Shown here: positions 40,271 to 49,778 of the stretch, in pieces
Position numbering within the stretch: the first letter of the stretch is position 1
Layout of the letters: each line of letters opens with the position of its first letter
Source of the DNA: Daphnia carinata
Lineage: Eukaryota
Assembly (NCBI RefSeq): GCF_022539665.2
Contig: NC_081334.1
Location: forward strand, 992,001 to 1,056,000
Reading direction: 5' to 3'
Length of the DNA: 64,000 bases
Made by a program: the position numbers and the translations under genes
Notes under the pieces: generated by a model
What the model saw: the letters and a program-made list of their open reading frames with translations, nothing else
Databases searched by the model: none
Told to the model about the DNA's origin: nothing

Positions 40271-40337
40271 CTCGTATGGGAACCGATCCCCACACATTCA
40301 GCGTGCAACGCCGATGCTCTAACATTGAGCCATGAGA
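40271..40337 (-). pseudogene. tRNA-like cassette 1 (Ala-TGC-like, degenerate)
   Basis: On -: TGGCTCAATGTTAGAGC (A box/D arm), TCGGC-GTTGCAC-GCTGA (anticodon arm, TGC), GTGGG-GATCGGTT-CCCAT (damaged T arm/B box). The acceptor stem is poor. Confidence 0.7.
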
Positions 40338-40435
40338 TATATCTAAATATTTTGTTATCGCATATCATATGTTATCGTCTAGGATGTTTATGCAGTCTTT
40401 CACAACTATATGTTTATCTTTCAGTTGCCTTCCTA

Positions 40436-40505
40436 AGGTTCATAGCTCTGTGGTAGAGCCTTTAGCTGCGAAACCTGTTACCCTAAGTTCAAACCTCAGT
40501 AGATG
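40436..40505 (+). pseudogene. tRNA-like cassette 2 (highly degenerate)
   Basis: TAGCTCTGTGGTAGAGC (A box/D arm) and AGTTCAAACC (B box) at tRNA-like spacing. The anticodon arm is unpaired. Confidence 0.6.
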
Positions 40506-40621
40506 TGTAAAAATGAAGTAGAATAAGTTTGAAGAGTATGTTGCAGAATTGCATTTCAGTTTTATTCTAAGTGTAAATGCAAGTCCACAAGTGACTAGAA
40601 AAAAACCAACTTAACATTATA

Positions 40622-40692
40622 TGATTGATGGCTCATTGGTAGAGCATCGGCGCGGTATGCCGAACATCCAGGGTTCGATCGCTGGATAATAA
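40622..40692 (+). pseudogene. tRNA-like cassette 3 (anticodon position reads GGT)
   Basis: TGGCTCATTGGTAGAGC (A box), TCGGC-GCGGTAT-GCCGA (anticodon arm), TCCAGGGTTCGATCGCTGGA (T arm with GGTTCGATC B box). The acceptor stem is weak. Confidence 0.75.
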
Positions 40693-42952
40693 TAGAATGA
40701 TTACAGATAAACGATAAACCATTGGAAACAATGCTTACCGGTGACAAAGGTGACAAAAACAAATAAAGCAAAGAAAAAAAAAAGTTGATAAATGTAATAT
40801 GTGAACACAGCTAACACAGACAATGAAAGAAACAAATTTTGCAAAAAATACTTTATAAAAGCAATTTTATTGACAATTCTCTGCACATTACAATTATTTT
40901 TGCAACTTTAAAAAGGCACAATAGCCCTTTCAAAAGTTGCCGTCAACCCAGGCAGGGGGAGACACTGCCTTGTTGACCCACCGGGGAGATTACCCGGTGA
41001 TTGGCTAAGAGAAGCCGGAAGAAGAGCTGAAGATTTGGAACATTTTTACAGGAGCGATTAACCTTTAGTTCGGATTTGTGGGCAGCCACGTCACCCTCCG
41101 TGAACACATCATCGGACTAAGCGGCACCCCACGTCCCCTTTCCGGCCAGAGCCCTCCAAACCTCGGTATATGTTGTTTTTATATATACCGTACAGTAGGG
41201 GCATGACCCCCTACGGGCTTATTATGAGTCAAGGGGAAACGGGGCTTCAGAAAAGAAGGGAGCCCAGATATGCACTTAAATTTTTTAAATATCAAATACC
41301 GTCTGGGGAATCCGAATTAAGTATAGCAATGTCATGTCATCCATCCAATCAATACAATTTATTCAGTGTCTTGCCCCAACCAAGAATCTTTTCAGATCCA
41401 ATGTTACTATTAACCTATGCTGAGAAAAGAAAAACACCATTAAGCATCTCAATTGTTGCTCATGTGACTTACATGACTTATAGATTCAATTTCTGGCAGA
41501 AGCTTGGGAAAGGCCATACAAATTGCAGATGAAAATCATTGTATAAGGCTCTTAAATGATAAAATAGCACCCCTAGAATGTTGCATTGTTGATAGTTGTT
41601 TTCCCAGTATGCTGAAAATCCTTTCCTATTGGATAAAATTTTTTTTTTAGATTAGACATGGTTGGCAAAAAGCAGGAGAAATGCTTTGTCATAAATTCAA
41701 AAAAATTTTCAAGAAAATTCCTTTCATACCTAAAAAGTCCATGTATGATGTTCATTGCTGCAATGCCAACGAAATGAAACATCTTTAGGGCCATTTAAGT
41801 ACCCAGCTTCACCAACACTCTGCACGTAAAGGACAAGTTGTTCTTTAGCAAGAGAAGCAGAATTATTTGAGGCTTCTAGCTATGACAGAACTATAAAGGA
41901 TTGCTGTTACACAGGATTCATTCACACAAGATGGTACTTCTCATTAGACAATTTGCATACTCTATTACTTTACCTCATACCTTAATGGTAATGCGCTTTC
42001 AGTGTTTTTCAACTGTAGGCTCACTCTTCCATCCTGTAACACTTCCAGACTTGACTTAATCCCCCACTAAAATTCTGTGAATGCAAAATAATAGCATTAA
42101 AAATACTTTTTCGATAGACAAAAAACCGAAAAGTACCTAATTCATGTTTTATGTTGAACTCGTGCTATTTCTGGGTTTCCTTACCACACCCATTTTTCAG
42201 CCCAAATACGGTCCCACAATTGTTCACTTCCTTCGCTGCATGGACTTATTACTAACAATTCTTTTAGTGCAGCACTAACAGAATTTAGCTTTAACACACT
42301 GTCAGGTGGTAGACTGAATAACTAAATAATAAATAATTGTTTGTTAAAATTCTATACTTATTTTGAATTCTTATTTGAAAAGTTTAGGTACCTGACTGTG
42401 TTCGCCTAATGCCAATTCATCCTCATGTTCAGTTAGGGATGAGTTTGGAAAAACCTCCTTCACTGTTTGGAAACTGTTCCGTTCCAATTTGTTCTTTTCC
42501 CCTAGCTGAGCTTGTAGACTCAAAATTTGAGCTACAAAACACAAATGAATAAAAGCAAATAAATAGAATCATTACGTATTAGGCCTTACCATCCTTAGCT
42601 TTGCTGTTATCTAATATTTTGTGTTGTTCCAATAATTGGGCCTGCAGCTTCATAATTTGATCTAATAAACAATAATTAATAATTGAAAACCAATACAATA
42701 ATGTTTATACTTATCATTTTTTTGTTTTATTATCTTATCCATTTTTCAATTGTTCCTCCAGCCACGCGTTGTTCTCCAGCCACGCTACTCAATTAACTGC
42801 TAATGGGATACAATTAACTCAAATTGCTTACATGCCTGTAATAACGAAACCGACTGATAGATGGCTACGGGTAGAAAAAAGAGAAAAAAGTGCGATTTTT
42901 TTTTCCGCCATTTTTTTTTTTTTTTTTTTTTATGTAAAACGGATTGCCATAA

Positions 42953-43020
42953 GGATATACTCCAAATTGAATACTGATTCCGCGAACATTGGTATTTTTT
43001 TTCATTAAGTTAATCGTTTG
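42953..43020 (+). mobile_element. Fragment of the GTCGGGCTTA foldback/MITE family (right flank of palindrome)
   Basis: GGATATACTCCAAATTGAATACTGATTCCGCGAACATTGGTATTTTTTTTCATTAAGTTAATCGTTT is near-identical to 33567-33632. Confidence 0.85.
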
Positions 43021-43447
43021 AATTTCTAAAAGTTCTTGGGGAACATACATTTCGCCGTTATCACCCATGACAGGATCACAAACTAAAAATTTCAAATTAT
43101 TAGTTCTCTTAATAGGAGTTCAAGGATTTCTTATCAAACAAGAGTGTGTACCATATACAAGTTTTCCATAACCTGTGTGGTTGGAAAACTCCACTGAATT
43201 TACAGAATGAACTTCAAAGCTGAGGACCGGAATGAAGAGTTTGGGATGTTGCTCAATGTTAGAATTTTGTGTTAATTTGAGATTTATTCATATTCACATA
43301 GGATTTTACTAAACCCGCTAATATCATACAACTTAATTAAAATTTACTTACATTTAGCGGGAAGACAGCACTTTTGTTACCTACATATCCTGAAACTACG
43401 TGACTTTGTATCGATAAAACTTGCGGAGATGATTCTGGCAAGACCAT
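43021..43447 (-). pseudogene. Pdxk (pseudo): Truncated pyridoxal kinase duplicate
   Basis: Exon 1 is intact ([32 protein letters not shown]). The exon-2 acceptor is mutated AG to CG. A ~225-bp deletion fuses exon 2 to the end of exon 3. The copy is cut within exon 4 (..YVPQELLEI) at the MITE fragment. Confidence 0.92.
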
Positions 43448-43715
43448 CTTGGAACAATAGCGAGTAGAAATGAGGTTTTACGTGATGGTTTTGGTTGTGT
43501 AATATGGGTTAAAGATAAAAACACCAACGCGAACAACCTATAAAACAATTCTTGACATTGACGTGTGAAAATTCAGAATTACCATCGTCTGCTATTGAAT
43601 TGTATTCATTAATTCCCACTAGATGGTGTTAGGCAACCGCGACTGCCACTTCTATGTCGATGTGATTGCAGTAATTCTCAAACTGATTTATTTCATCCTG
43701 TGAAGTTCAGGAATA

Positions 43716-43919
43716 ATGATGGCAGACGAGGCAAGCAAACAAGATCTAGTAACCACAAGTGAACCTCTGCCGATTAACAGCGTCACTTTTGAACCTTCTC
43801 CTGAACAGGAAACCACCTGTGGATATTTTCAATGGATGGGAATCTGCTATGGACTGTGTAGCTGCTTAGAACTGTGCTTAAGCTGTAGCAGTTGCTGTGC
43901 AAGTTGTAGCTCTGCTTAG
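43716..43919 (+). CDS. 67-aa Cys-rich small protein, copy 2
   Basis: Differs from copy 1 at three nucleotides that I could find (two synonymous, one G22S). A 3'UTR intron 43956-44034 has canonical GTAAGT..TTTCAG. Confidence 0.68.
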   Translation: MMADEASKQDLVTTSEPLPINSVTFEPSPEQETTCGYFQWMGICYGLCSCLELCLSCSSCCASCSSA

Positions 43920-44384
43920 TTCACAGAAAAGGATCTTTTTATTTATTGCACAACCGTAAGTGCTCTTCAGGAGTGGCAAGCAAATTTATTTTTCATATCA
44001 AACGGTTTGTAATGACTACTATTATTCCTTTCAGGATACTATACAACCTTCGGCCATGAAAACAAGTGTGAATTTGAAGAGGCATTTTTTAAAAGATGAA
44101 ATGTATTTTATCTTGTGACGAAATAAACAGTTGAAATTTTCATCATTGTTCCCTTTTTCTTTTTCTGGGGATCGCTTCGCAAAAAAGCAATCGGCGATTG
44201 GATCTCGATCATTTTTTTTTTTACGTCGGATGTTTGGAGCAAAATTCCCCCGGTAATTTCTTTCCCTACTGGCAATCTCAAAGCAGTAATTTGTTTTAAC
44301 GTCAGGTCAGTCGTTCATAAAATGTAACGAATAACTTTGATGTTTTAAGGTAACGCATTAAAAACTACCGCGCCCGTCCGCTAT

Positions 44385-45059
44385 ACAGTGCTAGTGCGAT
44401 GCCAGAACAAATATTCCGTGTATTTAAAACAACGATTGATTAATTGAACAAAAGAACTATTTTCAGGGAATCAGCGTTAAATTTTGGGCATATTCTGTGA
44501 TATTCTGCGAATTCCAATGAATGCCAGTATTTGCAGATTTTTGAGGTAAAATTCCCACGGATTTTGACGTTTAATTAAATAACTGTAAGACAAAGTGAAA
44601 AATAAACTTAATTTCCATGATAAGCCTTCAATTCTGGATCGAAATCATATATTTTAAACCAAATCTTAAATTTGGCCAAAAATGAAAAAGTGCAAAGGTT
44701 CTTTCCTTCCCACTTTTTAATTTTTGGTTAAATGTTAAATTTCGCTTAAAATACGTGATTTGGATTCAGAATTGAATGCTGATCACGGAAATCACATTTA
44801 TTTTTCAATTGACCTCATGGTTTTTTAATAAAACGTAAAAAACGAAAAAAATAAGACAAGTCGGGCTTATTTATTTAGTCGGGATTAAAAAAAATTTCTG
44901 CAAAAACTGAAACTCATCGGAATTGGTTGAATATCACAGGATATACTAAAAATTGAATACTGGTTCCGGGAAATTTGCTATTTTTTCATTAGTTAATTGT
45001 TTTTAAAAATACACCGAATATTTGACGCAATGCTAGCGCGCCAGTACGCTACAGCGCTA
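44385..45059. mobile_element. ~670-bp imperfectly palindromic MITE of the GTCGGGCTTA family
   Basis: The right end CACCGAATATTTGACGCAATGCTAGCGCGCCAGTACGCTACAGCGCTA matches 33640-33687. The two halves are degenerate inverted copies centred near 44700. Confidence 0.75.
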
Positions 45060-46388
45060 CCGCATTTGTTATGTATTTTTTTCAAATAAACTTTACAAAT
45101 GCGAGTAAAAAAGGCGAAACAGAGGGCCAACCCATCTACGTAAAAAAGTTGCAATGGGATTTACCCCGACAGGTATGATTGCACCATATCTGATTTCACT
45201 GCACACGTACTACCTTACCGTTGGGTATTCACCGTCTTTTATTGATTCCAACAACTTGTCCATTTCATTTCTTTTGCCCTTGGCTGCGTAAAGTCCGGGT
45301 TTTCCAGCTTAGTTTTCATGAACTGCTTTGGTCTAGAATGCATGACATGCGTGGGACATCGCTAAAAATATATTGCATTTCAAATTCGGCCAATACGATT
45401 TGATTATTTTAAAGTCACGCCACAATTACATGTCCTACCTGTCTAATGGCGTGATGATACCCCTTATGCAAACATTGCTTATGCTAGGACAGAGTTTCGT
45501 TTCTGCAACAAAAGGTTACATGAAAATAAAATAGTTAGCAATTAAATTCGAAAAACGTCGGATAGGCCTACAACTAATGTTCACCTGCAGTTGTTTTCAC
45601 GAACTAAATAAAACTTACCTCTAAAATGATGTCTAGAGGCAGGTAAAATGAGCTGCGATTCATCTTGAAGGTTACAACTGTTAAAAAAAATATTTTAAAC
45701 ACATTTTGGCCTTGGTATTTCATGCCTGGAGGATGGCCACGCCATTGCTTGATTCATAGTCGTAGTCACGAAAATCCAACTATTGCAGTTAGTTTCACTA
45801 TTCTTTTCAAAATTGTAGAGATGCATAAAACTCAAGGTCTTTTTTTCGAGTATGTTAAGGTCGTATGCGAACAAGCACAATACCAAATTTAATCGATCTT
45901 GCAGATCTTAATAAGATTCGATCATTCCTTTAATTCCCATTCGTTTGGTTCACCTGACAGATGAATTCATAATTTTGCTTTCATGTCATTCTTCATATTG
46001 TGAATAATTGGCCTCTATTTTGCTAATTGCAGACTTTAGCAACAGATTGATTTAATGGGCGGAGACAATTGGGAAACGAATAAATGGGCTCAAGGTTTGA
46101 AAAAGAAAACGATGAGTTGGGATGGAAATGAATTGGATTTAGGTCTTCTGGCTGATTGCCAACCACAGTGTAATTGCACCTCCTTGCTTTTCTGTCAACA
46201 AAAACTAAAAGCGTTCGGCTTTCTTGTTATGGTAATAGTTTATAAGTTGCAGAACGTCCTTCTTTTGAACACGTTTTTGGTGCCCTTGTACGCAGTAGTA
46301 CCTACAAAAGTCAAAGCGCCTGCATTCGGAGACTCAGTTGATTTCACGTCTTGGTTCAGGATAGTCCGGCTGTAAACAACATTTTGAA

Positions 46389-46967
46389 ATGCACTTCACA
46401 CGATTCGCGGTGAGAATAGCAATGTTCGTAATTTTCCTGTTCTACAACAGCAATATTTAAATTTGTTTGTTCTAGATTTTCCTTTTCACAGTATTTTCAT
46501 TGGCCATTCTTATTAATGGAAAACCACAGTTTGACTTGCAGGGCACAGTAGTTGGTAAGTAAAAGTTATTTTACACATTTGTCTTCACAACAATAACGCC
46601 TTTCGTTTTTTCTTCGATACAGACAAAGTAGCCCAGGTGTTTAACTCACGTACGTAACAAAATGCTAAGTCATAAAATGTTTAAGGTTTTAATTGTTTAC
46701 CATAATTACTGTTGATTCCATGATCCTGCTGATTCCTGAATTCAGCTTCACTTTAATCACTTATCACAATTCACTTATGAAGACTAATTCTACTTAAATG
46801 TTTCTTTAGGTGAAGGCTGCATCTGGAAGGGGACGTCTCCCTTTTGCGATGGAGGATGCAATGTCAAGGGTCACGTTGTACGTGAAACAAGCACTAAAGG
46901 TGATGGAGAGACCTGTTTGACTGGCATTAAAGTTCTTTGCTGTCCGTCTGCTCTTCCCATCCTCTAA
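46389..46967 (+). CDS. 94-aa secreted small cysteine-rich protein, 4 exons
   Basis: Exons 46389-46409, 46476-46554, 46623-46649 and 46810-46967 (donors GTGAGA, GTAAGT, GTACGT) give MHFTRFAIFLFTVFSLAILINGKPQFDLQGTVVDKVAQVFNSREGCIWKGTSPFCDGGCNVKGHVVRETSTKGDGETCLTGIKVLCCPSALPIL*. Signal-peptide-like N-terminus. TACAAAAG (46303) lies 31 bp before a TCAGTT initiator (46334). AATAAA near 47080. Confidence 0.85.
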
Positions 46968-47606
46968 AGCAATCAACGACATGAGATCATACTCATCACA
47001 TTTTGGCATCCAATAACACTACCTTCATTAATTCTTCGATCGTTATTTTTGTTTCACTCGATAATACTAGAGGAAATTGAATAAATAGCAAAAACATTTA
47101 GTACTTAATACTTTTTATTGTAAATTAATTATTCAGAGGTGTTACTTTATTATCATTAAAATTTATCGTCTACTGATAATTATTAAGAACTGTACTTCTT
47201 AATGTTCGAAATGTAAAAGCCACGACCACATCAAATCACGAGGAAAACGTAATATCCGTAAAGTTTAACAACAAAGAAAACAGAAACCGTTCGTTTTAAG
47301 CTTGGAAACCGAAATTTGATAAGGATGAAAAAAGATACGTCAACATGTAAAATAAGCTGATATTATTAAATGACTGATATTATTTAATATTTTTAAAGCA
47401 TAATGCATTAGTCATGGCATGAGTATTTGTTACTGGCATGCACGAAATGCCACGCGTCGTGACTATACTAAAGGGGTAATGTTTCTTATAGTACTCAATG
47501 ACTAACAAGTAAAAAAAATATTAAACAAAAAGTTCCAACTTAGCCTTTAACATACCACAAAAGCACTTCCAAGATCTGCTTCGACATCAACGGCTCTATG
47601 TGCAGA

Positions 47607-49778
47607 TTACTGAAATTTATAACAAATTGTTTTCTCTTCGGTATACAATTCCAGAGAGTGAGAAGTCCCTTCTCGTCCAATACCACTTTCTTTCATCCCA
47701 CCAAAAGGCATATCCAGAGACCGAATAAGCCAGCAATTAATCCAAACCGTCCCCACGTGCAACTTGTGAGCAACTCGCAACAACCTTTCACCACTCTGTC
47801 CCCAAACAGCGCTACATAGTCCGTATTTAACCTGAAAGCAGGAAAAACATGTTACTCCAATGAGCTTGAATGATAATTACGTCGAAGGCGAAATTGTAAG
47901 CTGTACATTGTTAACTCGTTCAATCACTTCTTCCTCTGTGTCAAACGGAGAGACGCACACTACGGGGCCGAAGATTTCTTCTTGCATACAAGCTGAAGAA
48001 TCGGCCAATCCCGTGATAATCGTTGGTCGAATGAAATATCCCTATAAGTAGTTGTTTCGGTCACGAGTATGCAAGACGAATATTATTTTTTTTTTATTCA
48101 TACCTTTTTATAAGGAGCACCTAAAGAAAGTTCATCAACCGTTTCGCCACAATGAATGGTCGCTCCATCTTCTCGAGCTATACCAATATAGCTCTGAACT
48201 TTTTCCAGGTGTAATTGGCTAACCAATGGACCCATAAACACATCTTCCGTAGGTGGGCCCACCTTCAAGTTTCTATGAAAACGAAACCGTTTTTCTTTAA
48301 TTTGCGACGGAAATACGAAAGTGCCATTTTTATTCTATGGGTATTTTGATTTTTAGGATTATTACTTGGTTTCTTGTACTAAGCGTTGAACAAATTCTTC
48401 GAAAATTGGGCGTTGAACAAAGATTCGTGAAGTGCACAGGCATATTTCGCCTTGATTCAGGAAGCATGAATTAATCGTAGCTGGTATGACTTTAGACAAA
48501 TCCGCGTCGTCTAAGATTATCCCGGCATTTTTACCGCCCAGCTAGTAAACAATAATAAAAAAAGGCAATTTCAGTGCAAGTTTTGTTGACTGTTTTCAAG
48601 CGCTTAACTCGACAATGTTTTCTCATTATACCTCGAGTGAGACTTTTTTAATACTCTTGGCGGCAACTTGCCCTATATGACGTCCAACGTTTGTTGATCC
48701 TGTAAATGAGATTACCTAAAAACCATTGGCAGGTTGGTTCTTTCCCACCAAAAACATAAATTTCTTTGAATAAAGTCATATAGTTACATTCACGTCTGTA
48801 TGATTAATTAGCGCTTCTCCTGCATTGAGGCCAGTTCCAAAAACCATATTGAGTACTCCATCCGGCAAACCCACATCCTTGGCCAGTTTACATAGCATCC
48901 AAGCCGTCACAGATGTAACCTCGCTGGGCTTGCATACAACGCAATTTCCTAAAAAAACAGCGAAAGAGTATCATATCAAACCATTACTGCGAATAAATGA
49001 ACGAAAATTGTAAGATGAAAAACCTGAAGCTAGAGCAGGAGCAATTTTGAATGTCAACAAATCTATAATAATGAAATAACAAAAGGAACCACAGGTAATC
49101 ACTGAAATTACCGAACATATTAAAAAACCAACCATAACTTACACAGTGGAAGATTCCATGGGCTAATCAACGCAGCAATTCCAACAGGTTTTCTCACTGT
49201 ATAGTTCATGCAGCCCATTTCCGGTATGCTATTTGAGCTTCAAAAGATAAAAAAAACAGCAGTAAGGTATAAGATTCCTATTTTTTTGCTCTATTATTAA
49301 TATGATTTACATATTGAGGTGGTGACAAATGGATTCAGCAAAAGCTCGAAAATTGAGTGCTGCTCTTGGAATATCCATCCTCTTTGCCAAGGCAATTGGC
49401 TTCCCTTGATCTCTTGATTCTGCTGCAGCTAATATTTCTATATTTTCTTCTATGGATTCAGCTATTTTAATGAGGAATTTGGCTCTTTCTGCAGCTGTTT
49501 TATGGGACCACCTTGAATTTATGGCCACAATGATCTTTAGAAATATATCAAAGTAAAGTAAACTGAATTACTTACATAGGAAATGCGTTTTTCGCATGCC
49601 TCACAGCTTCATCCACTTCGTTCGAGCCACTATCCGGAATTTGGGCCCAAACTTCCCCAGTCGATGGGTTATAACTATCAAGATATTTGTTACATTTGAC
49701 GAAGTTGCCCCCGATGAAGTTGTCGACTACAAGTGAGTTTGAGTTATCGTTAAGAAGGTTAATTTCTTTCAATGACAT
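47607..49778 (-). CDS. Aldh8a1: Aldehyde dehydrogenase, ALDH8A1 (2-aminomuconic semialdehyde dehydrogenase)-like, ~10 exons
   Basis: NFIGG..DSYNPSTGEVWAQIPDSG, ESRDQGKP..MDIPRA, ISPWNLPLYLLTFKIAPALASGN, KPSEVTSVTAWML, ISFTGST, SLELGGKN, FLNQGEICLCTSR, EEIFGPV, GTVWINCWLIR..PFGGMKESGIGREG. Stop at 47607. Confidence 0.93.

Larger units (their letters stand above)
38003..42952. mobile_element. Large palindromic (foldback) element: left arm 38003-40167, spacer 40168-40700, right arm 40701-42952
   Basis: The arms are reverse complements over their whole length; the ORF track shows mirrored ORFs 39336-39701(-)/41170-41532(+) and 39985-40167(+)/40701-40886(-). Termini are TTATGGCAATCCGTTTTA and TAAAACGGATTGCCATAA. 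The right arm has 113 bp (41861-41973) missing from the left arm. The repeat is directly seen; mobility is inferred. Confidence 0.9.

Noticed and set aside
41055..41070. TAACCT as a telomerase-RNA template for TTAGG
   Set aside because: Only 6 nt, expected by chance, and located in a duplicated mobile-like element.
39336..41532. Mirrored 120-aa ORFs (MLFLYIPYSRG..) and 60-aa ORFs (MQRIVNKIAF..)
   Set aside because: They recur only because the DNA is duplicated. Some starts are non-ATG, and the 120-aa ORF is antisense to the spliced arm gene.
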